A stretch of DNA of 32,752 nt from Rhizaria sp. SCN 62-66 (lineage: Eukaryota): positions 1 to 32,752 of the forward strand of contig MEDY01000335.1 of assembly GCA_001724265.1 (NCBI GenBank). The letters run 5' to 3'. Below the pieces are notes generated by a model. It was not told where the DNA came from and ran no database searches. It was given only the letters and a program-made list of their open reading frames with translations. Positions within the stretch are counted from its first letter, which is position 1. Each line of letters begins with the position of its first letter. Made by a program: the position numbers and the translations under genes. Positions 1 through 10,608 of the stretch are shown here, piece by piece.

Positions 1-688
1 CTCCTCGCACTGCATCTGGCACTTGGGGCGGGCGCAGATGGGGTGGCAGACGGCCGGGCAAGCCGGGTCGTCGCACTGCCACTTGCACACAGGGTTGCAG
101 CCCTGAACCTGTAGTTAAGGTAGAGTGAAAAAGTAGAGGGCGGGAAAATGAGTGAGTGGGTGTTGAGGGCGTTGAGGGCAAGATAAGAGGAGGCAAGGAG
201 AGGGGGGATGCAAAGGAGGCAGGGCGGTTTTCTCCAAGCCGAAATGTGAGTCACAAACCAATGCCAAAGGGATGGCATTGATTTGTAAGAAGGGTCAAGG
301 CTTGGAAGATTTCCTTAGTGGCATAGAGAGAGCCAGCTTGTGGGTTTGGGTCGCTCAACAAAGGGTTGGGGCAGTGGACCAGCGAGTAGGACCCCCCCAT
401 CGAGGAGGCGACTGGTTTTGTTTTCCCATATCCAGTTCGATGTAGCGCTTCAGAGAACCTATAGTGGCTCATAATAGAGTCTCATCGGTCGGTTGATTGC
501 ATAGAGTTGACTGAACAATCATGCAAGCGGCACGGTCGAGCAGGTGGGGGATAAACAAGGGAAAGATGGGGACCAACTCCAAAGGAGAGGGTTGGGCGAA
601 CGTAAATGGGATGATAGGATGATAAACGTACCTCAGCGGCGAAAGTCATAGCGGCAAAGAGAGCCAGGATGAACAGGATAACCCGCAT
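1..688 (-). CDS. Secreted cysteine-rich repeat protein, 5' part (runs off the left edge)
   Basis: Exon 1 688-632 encodes the signal peptide MRVILFILALFAAMTFAAE. Intron 631-109 is GTACGT...CCTTAACTACAG. Exon 2 108-1 is in phase 0 and reads VQGCNPVCKWQCDDPACPAVCHPICARPKCQMQCEE (CxxxC periodicity). Strong C/G-ending codon bias. Confidence 0.85.
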
Positions 689-1700
689 CGTTACACTTTG
701 ATTCTATCAGAAACCTGATTGAGTCGCAAATGAACTAAAAAGGTTGGCAGCTGACCACCTCGAACCCTTTGGTCCGGCTTAACTTATTTAATCTCGCTCA
801 GTCATTTTTCCGTTTTTTTACGAACCACACCCCCAACTAGCGTTCCTTTTCGACATATTCACCTTCGTTACGACGTGTTTGAGCTTTAAAACCAGCGCTG
901 CTTTTTTAACGTTGTTATTTCTACATAGATTTATATCAAATTAGCGCTTTACCCTTTGACTGTATGCGATTTCTCTTGATCTTGGTTGTCTGACCTTCTG
1001 ACCAGGTCAGCTTTCGAAGCCTATGTACACCTCAAACGCTAGTCACGCGGATGTGCGGTTAATATTTGAGTAGAAGTGTCATGATGCAGGGTTTGTAAGA
1101 GTTTTTGTTGCGAACGAGCGTTGTTACACCGTGTTCCAGGTGACTTTTCAGTTCGGTGATGTTAGGTGACAACCGTTGACGGCCATCTTTAGCAAGCGCC
1201 AGACTGTTCATCTCAGCGCCGATCCAGTTAAAAGACAATTTTCACGCATGCCTATGACGGTTTTGTTCGATTAAGCCGTGGTTTGCTAGTGATACGCTAT
1301 TCCAAGCCGTCATCAGCGACCCGTTGTGAGCACGCTGCGATTATCCAGCATGAGCCATATTCAGGAAAATAGTTGTTATTTATTGGTTCAATGCTTCAAA
1401 TCTAGATAACGCGTTGTCTACGCTTTCGCGTAACCCCTCGTACAATGTTCAACAGCCGCAATTGGCATCATGACACATGAAAAGTCGGACGTAACGTCCT
1501 TGGAGTCCATGCAGCAAACATGCTCAGCGACGCCGATGTGCCTCTGTGACATGGTCAACGGCCACACAAAACAAAGGCCCGAATACACAGCACCGTCACA
1601 GAAAGCGTAGAAGAACATAACATGCGTCATATCACAACACAACAGCAAGCGACAAGTCTCTCACCCCTTGTGTGTGGCGCTTGATGTCACTTTCTCGCTT

Positions 1701-2751
1701 TTACTTGGCCGCCGCCGTCGCCGCCGCCGCCGCCGGGGCCGCTGCGGCGGGCTCCGGGACACCCTTGCCAAGCGCGCGCACGAGCTCGCCCGCAACCTTG
1801 CTCTGCCCGATGTGGTTGGCGTACATAAGCGCGCTCCAGCCGCTGCCGTCAACCGCGCCCGCGTCGGCGCCGCCGCGGATCAGCTCTTTGACCGCCGCGC
1901 CGTTGTCGCGCGCGCACGCGTACATCAGCGCAGTGCGGCCGCCAGCGTCCGTGGCGTTAGCGTTGGCCTTAGCGCGGAGCAGGCTCTCGACGCAGCGCGA
2001 GCCTTGCGGGTGCTCACAGGCAACCATCATCGCAGTCGCGCCGTACGGGCCCTGAGTGTAGAGCAACAAGAGAACAGAGTAGGCCAAGACAAAGGATTTG
2101 TGAGATAAAACGTTAAGAAATAGTGTTATAGTCCCAAGTTGTAATAACATAATCAAAATTCGGATGACTTTGTCTCAATCCTAAAGAGATAGACATGTAC
2201 TTATCATTCGAAAGGTGACGGAGCAAGATCGAAGGAAAGACCAATGTTGAAGTGTCAAAAGACAACGTACGACGGGGTAGTCGAGCTGGGGCGTAGCACC
2301 GGCGTTGTTGACGATCTCTTTGAGCGCGTCTGCATCGCCCTTCTTGGCCGCGGCGTAAAGCGGGCGCGCATACGCGGGCGCCGGACCCGCTGCGGCCGCG
2401 GCAGCCACCTCCTGCGCGGGCTCTGCCACGGCCTCGTCGGCGGCGTTGTAGCCCAGGTACGCGCGCTCCTCGGCCGAGACGGGCGCGGAGGACGACGTGG
2501 GCGCGGCGGACACGGCAGACGCGGCGCTGGGGGCGGCGGAAGGGCCCACGCTCACCTGCACCGACTGCGCCTGGGATTGCATCTTGGCCAACAGGGCGGC
2601 CATCTTCGCCTTCTTACGCGCCTCAACTACGGCCGCATCGTCGGCTACAAAAATTAAACATAAATAAGTATCGACTTATGAGTGCCTCGGTTCGATTAGA
2701 AGCTATACTGGAGCATGGTCGATGAAGGAAGTGAGTCGGGGACGTACACAT
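1701..2751 (-). CDS. Ankyrin-repeat protein, ~242 aa, 3 exons
   Basis: Exons 2751-2748 (ATGT), 2644-2271 and 2051-1701. Introns 2747-2645 (GTACGT..TAG) and 2270-2052 (GTACGT..CAG) keep the frame. Ankyrin motifs: PLYAAAKKGDADALKEIV, GATAMMVAC, GRTALMYACARDNGAAVKELIRGGAD, GWSALMYA. Confidence 0.9.
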
Positions 2752-3431
2752 TGGGCGTTACTCCTATAGTGGAATGAAAAGAGGACATAGAAAGACAATA
2801 ACAGAAACAGTAAGAATATTATTTGAAGACGATGGTAATTAGTTGGGATATTCCCGCAAGAATGTGGCAAATGTTCGCTTGACGGACAGTGTGACGTCAG
2901 GGATTGGCCTTTCGAATGCTCTCCGTTGTTCTGGTGAGGGCTTTCGTCTTCACTTCGGACCTCGAAGGAGACTTAACACCTCTACGTCAAGTGATAATAA
3001 ACCACTTGAATTATTTGCAAAAGAACTTATAGTGGAACTAGCTTTAGAATATGTCGTTTTTAAACGTGAAATGCGTTAGCTTAGCTAATATCTATTTCAT
3101 TCACAATGTTGTAATGGATCAAGTCGCAAATTTAGTGTAATTAGAAGGTTGGTTATGATGTCACGCTGCTCAAAAACAGTGATCGAACCAAAGCCACTAT
3201 TGGCTAAAATGAACAAATTACTGCGGATTAAGTAGGGTCATGTATGAGTGTTTTTGATATAAGGTGATATCTCAATAATATGATGTTCATCTCGATTTTT
3301 TTTCGTCTAAAATCTGTAACAACGATAGCTAATTCAATTCGTTTTGTTTTCTAAGGGTCTGTCAGCTCTTGTAAGAACATGGATCCTCAAATAAACAACA
3401 ATTTTTTATGGGTGTGTATGTCATTTTATTA

Positions 3432-3730
3432 TTAAGCTTTAAAGCTGTCTTCATGTCGCCGATGATGCCGTTGAGCTACTGTCAAACAGGAGGCTTCGTG
3501 ATACTCAAACAATGAAACTCGCATCCTCTTGGTCGAGGCCGACTCCATCAACTCATTATACACAATTAAGTGCTTGTTTGGCATAATAGTAGACGCATGA
3601 ACGTGAATCTGTGCGTCCACTCCCCCTTGTATCAAGGCCGATTGCATATTGACGCGGTGTTCAAGTGGCACCCAGGTGCCCTCAAATGCATAAAACGCGC
3701 TTTTGTGAGCACATCAAGAATGGTTTAGAT
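3432..3730 (-). pseudogene. Probable decayed fragment of a DEAH-box RNA helicase C-terminal OB-fold region
   Basis: The frame reads *CAHKSAFYAFEGTWVPLEH...QIHVHASTIMPNKHLIVYNELMESASTKRMRVS. This resembles the DEAH OB_NTP_bind pattern (AGF...VxIHPSSxL...WVVYxELVxTxKxYMRxV). It has an upstream in-frame TGA, no good splice sites and none of the codon bias of the real genes. Confidence 0.35.
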
Positions 3731-4644
3731 ATTTAAGACACAATTAGAATATAATAAACATAGTTTTAAACTCAGAATGAGTCTATGGCGCATATGGCAG
3801 CCAAATGTGTTCGCTAAGCATCATTGAGAATGAGGCAAAATTACATTTATATATAGGTTGCAAAAGGGAAATCAAGTTGCGCACAAGTGTGTAGTATGTG
3901 CCTAGAGGTTTTAAATAAATATAGCAAGGTTTTTACGTTACATGCATTGATACATATGATCGTAGATTGACGAATTTAATATTTTTCCCCAAAAATGCAT
4001 TTTTGGGTTCGCGAAAAGTTGAGCGGCTTACTTTAACTGACAGACGGACCCAAAAGCAGGGCACCGGCTGGACGACGTCGTTCCGATACATTGGAAACTT
4101 TCATTCTACAATGTCAAAGCCACTAGCAAGCGTTGCAATATGCAAATTAGATAGTACATGGGTTTATGTGTATTATGTTTTTTGGGCGTGGCTTCGCGTA
4201 TCGTTTTGCATGCCATTTCTCTCTCCTCGGAAGGCGCCCGAGGGTTCAGAGCCGATATGAAACCCGAGCTCTCCTTCGGGATCCCGATTTGATCACTCTA
4301 AAGCATCATTGATTGCGTGTCTCATTGCTTCTTAGCTTGGCAAGTGTCTCTTTCACGTACACCTGTTATTGTAACCCTGATCGGGCTGCATTGACAATGC
4401 TTTATCGTGAAAGATTCCTCGCCAAGCAAGATTCGATCGACGACGTCGCTGACAGACCTCGTCTTTGCTTGAGGTTTTTCCTGACGCAAAGAGCGCATGG
4501 CTTGACAATCTTTACTTTGACCATCGTGTCTACTAATCATTTCATGCTTTTCATTTTCTCTTCGATCGCAAATATCTCACCGAAACCTCGTTTGTTCTCT
4601 CACCCTCCTCAATCCTGAACCCCGACTCGATCCACAGTACCAAG

Positions 4645-5761
4645 ATGTCCAAGGCCCTTGCCCTGACCATTGCCACCGCGACCGCCGTCGTTGCTGCCCC
4701 TCTCTCTGCTAGCCAGACTGAGTTCCTCTTCACGTACGTTCTTTTTTCATCTCAACTTTCTTTTTCATCGCCTCTATGTCTCTTATAAATGCACCTTCCT
4801 CTCTTTTGATGACCCGAAGACTTACTTTAATAACTAATAACTGTCTCTTCGTCTTAACTCGCACTCTTTGCTGCACTACTATAGCCGCTTCGTTGAGCAG
4901 TACAACAAGAACTACGAGACCTCCGCGTTCTTCACCAAGTACAACACCTTCGTGAGCAACCTCAACAACATCATCGCCCACAACGCCAAGCCCAACGCCT
5001 CCTACACCATGGCTGTCAACGAGTTCGCTGACATGACCTTCGAGGAGTTCTCCTCCAAGCTCGGCCTCAAGCCCATCAAGGCTTCGTACGCCCGCTCCCT
5101 CAACACCGCCAAGTTCTCCCGCAAGATCTCCAACGGTGCCAAGGACTGGCGCGCTGATGGTGCCGTCAACAAGATGAAGAACCAGGGCCAGTGCGGCTCC
5201 TGCTGGGCCTTCTCCGCCAACGCTGCCATTGAGGGCTCCGTCCAGATCTCCACTGGCAAGCTCCTCGACCTCGCCGAGTCCCAGCTCGTCGACTGCGCCG
5301 GCGACTTCGGCAACTACGGCTGCAACGGTGGCCTCATGGACTCCGCCTTCGAGTACGTCCTCTCCAACGGCGGCATCTGCGCCACCTCCGAGTACCCCTA
5401 CAAGGCTGTCGACGGCACCTGCAAGCAGTGCAAGAACGTCGCTTCCATCTCCGGCTACAAGAACGTCAAGGAGAACGACGAGGCTGACCTCACCTCCGCC
5501 ATCGACCAGACCGTCGTTGCCGTCGCTGTCGAGGCCAACTCCAACTTCCAGTTCTACTCCTCCGGTGTCTTCAACGGCCCCTGCGGTACCGCCCTCAACC
5601 ACGGCATTGCCGCTGTCGGCTACGACCTCAACGTCGCCAAGCCCTACTACATCGTCCGTAACTCCTGGGGCACCTCCTGGGGTGAGGGCGGCTACATTCG
5701 CATGGCCACCGGCGAGAACCTCTGCGGCATCGCGGCCATGGCTTCCTACGTCCAGGCGTAA
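4645..5761 (+). CDS. Papain-family (C1A) cathepsin L-like cysteine protease preproenzyme, ~321 aa
   Basis: Exon 1 4645-4733 (signal peptide MSKALALTIATATAVVAA), intron 4734-4884 (GTACGT..TAG), exon 2 4885-5761. I29 prodomain with ERFNIN-like K..F..N...I..HN and NEFADMTFEEF. Catalytic motifs QGQCGSCWAF, GCNGG, LNHGI and RNSWG. Confidence 0.97.
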
Positions 5762-6917
5762 GTTGGCTGTAGTCCTCTCTGTTGCGGCGCGCTAACTCTT
5801 CCTTCGCAACAGCTGCAGGGTCCCAGGACTCTGCGTGGCGGTGAAGTGAGACTGGCGTCGTCTGCCGTTGGGCTCTCCACCTAAGAGAAGTTTGCTTTCT
5901 GTTGAACTCCACTGTTAAAACACTCTGAGTCCTCGTGGCTTGCTTGTTTTCCCTTTGTCAGGTCGGCCGTTCTTTTTCATCTTGGTAGTAACAAACAGCA
6001 TGACAATTAGTAATTGCTTTTGCAACCCACGAGTAACGCTTCTCTTATCAGTGTACACAGTTCATACGTGAGCCGTGCACTAGAGTGCGCTCTCCGCTGC
6101 TAAATACAGTGTCTTTGTGTCATGTTTGTCTGCTAGAGCGGTTTATCCCGACGATCATCTTGGTCATAAACAAAAATACACTCAAATCTTACAACAAAAG
6201 TAAAAGTACGCTTGGAACACTGGCTTAAACCACTTACCTGCCACCATCAACGACTCATTCCGCTGAACTCAATTGTAACGGTGACCACGGGCGTTCGTTA
6301 GTTGTATCGCTCTCTTAGTGTGCTACGTTTATCCTCAAAACTCTTGCACCGTCTCTGTACTCTCTGCTCATGTCCGTTAACAGTGCGGATGCGACGAAAC
6401 AGTGACCAGTGATTGGCGTTGTGATGCGACTGCATGAAACGCTGCATTAACACAACCAACGCATATCCCTGGATAAAATGTGGAGAGAAAACGCTTAAGC
6501 AAAGCAGATAGTAGAATAGGGGGGTATAAATAGAATAGTGAACGAGCCCCGAAAATCTCTATCTGCTGCAAGATGTTGGGCTTGTATTAACGCGTCTATG
6601 TGGGACGCTAAATGTAAACTATGTGACGGGGGGGCACCGACATGATGCAGAGTAACAATAGATGTCACAATTGACACAAAACAGAATAAACGACTGCACA
6701 ACAACCATAGTTAATGAACAGGAGTATGATAAAAAGGGGCTCATTCCATCTCAATATCTCAACATACAGCAAAGAACGTCGACGTAACATAAGCACACGC
6801 GAATTATTTAAACGTGAAGCCGGGATTTATATTACTGACTGTGGTGCTCTGAAGTAATGGCTTAATTCACGGGGGAAAAAAAAAGAGTCATTGATATAGC
6901 CCACGCGATTGGTAAGT

Positions 6918-9243
6918 TTAAAAGAAGTCGTCCGAAGCCCCAGGCCCGCTGATGCCAAAGTAGCGTGCGAGCTTAAGGATGCCAACACTGGCGATTGCGC
7001 CAAGCACCATGAACACGACCATCAGGTTCGAGCCCGAGATCTGCGCAACGCGAGAAGGAAAACAAAACATAATGCATATAAACTCAGTCATAAAATACCT
7101 TAACAATTTGAACATAACTATTTGGAAATTAAACGTGTTAGATCGTTTCGAATGTTTGTTTACGTACCGGTGCGTTCCTGGTGTTGAGCTTGCGCGTTCC
7201 GCCGGCCGCCAGAGCCCCGCCCCTGCCGCCGCCGCCGCCGCCGCCCTTGACGACGGCCAGCGGCTGCGGCAGCGCCTCGCCGCGCGCCACGCCGCCCCCG
7301 CCCACGGTCACCGCCTGGGCGACGCCGCTTGTGCTCAAGCGAGCGGCCAGCGCCTGCAGCCACAGGGGCGCGCCAGCGCCCACAAGCGCTTCAGCGGCGT
7401 CGGTATCGGCGTCATGGGTAATCGCGCCCGCAGTGGAGCCAACACCGGTGTTAGTATTGGCGCTACTATGATTACCCTTGACAACCTTGCCGGCCTTGGC
7501 ACCGGCCGCCGCACGCGCCGCCGCCGCAGCCGCCGCAGCCGAGGCCGCCGCAGCCGCCGAGGCCGCTGCGCAGAGCGTGGGGTCGGGGCAGCCCGCGAGA
7601 GCGGGCACTCCCCTGCTCACGGTCACTACATCGGCGGCTGAAGAGCCAGAGTCCGTGGACTCGGCGCTGTCCGCGACGTCAGAGCCCTCGCCGGTGGAGA
7701 TGAAGGCCGGACGCAGCGGCAGCCACACACGCGGCGGCAGCGGCGTGCGGAGGGCCCGCACGCCCGCCGCGCCCGCGCTCGCGCCTTCAGCGGCAGCGGT
7801 GTTGGTGCCGGCTGTGATGGTCAAGAGCGAGGGCCGCAGCGCGCCTTGGTTGCGGTCGCGCAACGCCGCCGCCAGCGCGCGCGCGCGCGGCAACAGCGAG
7901 GCGGCGGCGTCGCCGCGCAGCGCGCCCACGGTCGCGAGCAGCGTGGCCCCGGCGGGAACCGTGGCGCGAGCGTGGACCGAGCCGACCAGGTGGATGTGGA
8001 CAGTGATCAAAGTCAAGCCGTCACGAGTACTGCTGGCACTGCTGGGGGTGTTGCGGCTCTTTGCGATGGACGTCGCGAGGAGGTCGGTATTAACGTCGGG
8101 AACAAAGAGAAGCATTGAGATCGCATCAGGGCCAATGTTGTCAGTTTCAGCAGGAGATGCTGACTTCTTATCAGCAGTCGTGGCAGCCTTGTTACTGACG
8201 GCGTTCTTGGCAGTTGACTCGATGAGCGGGTGCTTGGGCAAGAGAGATACGAGCGACTGTGAGCCGCACGTGGCCATCATCCGCAGCACAGGGGGCTCGA
8301 TCTCCGAGACACTGCTTGAACTCGCACTCGGGGGCGCTTGCGAAGGGAAGGCGACGAACATGGGCGCAACACGCTGCATAAACCGCTCCGCAGCGGCGCG
8401 CAAAGGCGCAGTGATGACGGCCTCGAGCGCGTCAAGCGACATCAGGCCCAGATCAGCATCCACCGCCGCGTTGGAGTCACCACTAGAGCCGCTGCTGCTG
8501 CTGCTGCTCGAGCTAGAGCTGGTTGCGCCGACCGACTCGGCGCTGACGCCGGCGGGCAGCGGCACGGTGACGGTGAACACGTCGTCGAGCGCAAACTTGG
8601 CCGTGACCGTGAGCAGGGGCCGCGGCCCGAATGAGAGCGCGCGCGCATCGACGGCGGCGACGGCGACCGAGGTCGCGGTGAAGGGCACCGGCAGCGAGTA
8701 GAGCTGCGCGCCCGCCACCAGCGCGGCCGCCGAGCGGTCGGCGGCGGCGGCGGCGATGCCAGAAAGGGGGAAGAGTGCGAGCAGCAGCGCGGCAGGCGGC
8801 GCGAGCGCAGTGCGCGTGACCTCCGTGGAGAGGGCGAGGGCAAGCGCTTCAGTGTCGAGCGCAGCACTCTCCTCGGCGCCGAGGCCGCAGATGTAGGCGC
8901 CAACAACGGATAGCCCACCCGTAGCCAGGCTAGAGACTTCTTCTGCGTGAGTGCGCAGCGCAGACGTGTGCGAGGGCTGCCACGATGCGGACGAAGCAGC
9001 AGATGTGGAGGCGTCTGAGGTCGAGGCCGCGGAGGGAGCGGCGGCGGGAGGGGCCGGGATGAAGGCGTGGACGGACCAGGATTGCGTGCTGGAGTTAAAG
9101 TCGCCAAGGAACACACCATATGTCGGCGCTAAAGAAGGCTGCAGCGTCTGCAGGTGACGCTGGAAGGCGTCAGTGATGTGGACTGACATGAGAGGATCAG
9201 CGACGCGAAAGACTGACTTGCTATCAACAGCAAAGCGTGTCAT
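6918..9243 (-). CDS. ODR4: ODR-4-like tail-anchored ER membrane protein, ~732 aa
   Basis: Exon 1 9243-7168, intron 7167-7041 (GTACGT..CAG, phase 0), exon 2 7040-6918 encoding a C-terminal TM helix (LMVVFMVLGAIASVGILKL). HAEEVSSLATGGLSVVGAY and LPPRVWLPL match the ODR-4 family patterns HAxQVxRMLPGGxxVxG and LPRRV. Confidence 0.7.
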
Positions 9244-9444
9244 TAGAGACAGAAGTTAGGTTTTAGGTTAAAATATAACGTTTTCGAATATTAATATGCG
9301 CATCATGTCGGGATATCATTGTTATATCGCAAATAACGGAATTTACAGTTGGATATATGCAGTTGATGTTGGTGCGTCGGTCAGACTCACGTCGTCGCTC
9401 TCACTTGTGGTCGATCGCGACTGACGCCGAGTGCCGACTCACGG

Positions 9445-9494
9445 TCGGTCGGTCGGTCGGAGGAACTTAAGCCGCTGGCCGACCGACCAACCGA
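9445..9494. repeat. (GGTC)n tandem repeat with an inverted copy, in a divergent promoter
   Basis: 9445-9460 TCGGTCGGTCGGTCGG and 9479-9494 CCGACCGACCAACCGA are reverse complements at 15 of 16 positions, with an 18-nt spacer. Confidence 0.85.
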
Positions 9495-9559
9495 GGGGCT
9501 GTGACCTGGAGGACGGGTGTCTTTTGTGGTGTCCCCTCAACAAAAGGAAGGAAACTAAA

Positions 9560-10151
9560 ATGTCTAACACTTCTGTCGGTGTGGTACGTCTCTTCACAAA
9601 TCTATTCCGCTCTTCGTAACGATGTCCCTGCCCCACTAGAGCCGCTTTCAGTCGTGTCCCAATGCTCACCAACTTGCTTTGTCTCTGCTCTTCCGTCACA
9701 CAGCTCTCTTCGCTCGTCCTCAGCCCCGTTATCGCTAACGCGGCCTGGATCGTCCGTCACAACGTCCCCGCTCTCCAGCGTACGTCCCCCTGTTTCTCTG
9801 CACTTTCACCTTCCCTCTCACTGATCCCTTTATTGCTTGCCACCCGTCATCACTACAAACCTCATCGCTCTAAACCTCACACTCTTGCCCTCGTCTGTCT
9901 GTCCATTGCTCCCTCTGTCCCCTCTCCGCTTGGCCACAGGCGTCGGCGGCGTCCCCTTCGTCCTCGGCTCCCTCGCCGCGGGCGCGGCCGTCTCCGCGGG
10001 CTGCTTCTACAAGTCCTGGAAGATCCCCGAGGACGTCCTCGACAAGATCGCCGCCCAGGAGAAGGCCGAGAAGATCGCCAAGGCCGCCTCGATCGCCGCC
10101 ACCAAGAAGGCCCTCGTCGCCCAGGTTCGCGCCGAGCACAACTCCGCGTAA
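9560..10151 (+). CDS. Small (103 aa) hypothetical membrane protein, 3 exons, strong codon bias
   Basis: Exons 9560-9583, 9704-9779 and 9940-10151. Both introns are GTACGT..CAG and keep the frame. Protein: MSNTSVGVLSSLVLSPVIANAAWIVRHNVPALQRVGGVPFVLGSLAAGAAVSAGCFYKSWKIPEDVLDKIAAQEKAEKIAKAASIAATKKALVAQVRAEHNSA. Confidence 0.88.
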
Positions 10152-10573
10152 GTGCGCACGCCGCCCACCGCGTCCAACGACCAACAGCAGAACTGCGGTT
10201 GAAGCACATGTGCGTGTGTGAGAGAACGATGTGAAACGAGCGCATGTGTAGCCTCGTCTCTGTCGTGACTTGCCCTCGCGCGCTGCAGTCCGCGCCCTAG
10301 CGTCGTCGCCGCTACTGGCGCTTGCTAGCGCGCTGCGTCGCGATCATCCGCGTGCCTCTTGTCCCTGTTCTGCTTCAATCCTCTAACGGCGCCGCCTATG
10401 CCCTCCTCCCAGCTGCTCTGAACGCGTCCGAGTTTGCTTGCTGCGTGGCGTGTGTCGGCGCCGTATTTAAAGCGGTGCTTCCCACCCGTGCCCGCGCTGT
10501 GACGCCGGCGATAACACATTGCCAGTCGCGGTCGCGGTCGCGGTCGGGGGCATCGGTGCGCTCACGGCAGCAT

Positions 10574-10608
10574 TTGCTTTATCTATCTAGATTAGATAGA
10601 TAAAGCAA
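10574..10608. repeat. Perfect 16-bp inverted repeat with a 3-nt loop, between convergent genes
   Basis: TTGCTTTATCTATCTA-GAT-TAGATAGATAAAGCAA. Confidence 0.95.

Noticed and set aside
109..121. U12-like branch sequence CCTTAAC close to the acceptor of the first intron
   Set aside because: The donor is GTACGT (U2 type), not RTATCCTT.
2843..3079. Short AT-rich intergenic ORFs (also 3967-4260, 4313-4618, 16320-16565, 32157-32408, 32484-32720)
   Set aside because: They lack the codon bias of real genes, many have non-ATG starts, and I recognise no motifs.
3172..3210. Pol III A-box-like TAGCCAATAGTGG, B-box-like GGTTCGATC and a T5 run on the - strand
   Set aside because: The boxes are nearly adjacent, with no anticodon arm or acceptor stem. 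It is not a tRNA and is probably chance.
4224..4282. Imperfect GC-rich hairpin upstream of the cathepsin gene
   Set aside because: The stems are short and interrupted, and I recognise no RNA family motif.
4730..5602. 290-aa antisense ORF over the cathepsin, and similar long shadow ORFs (7478-8701, 12890-13981, 20885-22477, 29136-30476)
   Set aside because: These follow from extreme GC3 bias, which removes stop codons on the opposite strand and in other frames. The recognisable protein motifs and splice signals lie on the called frames.
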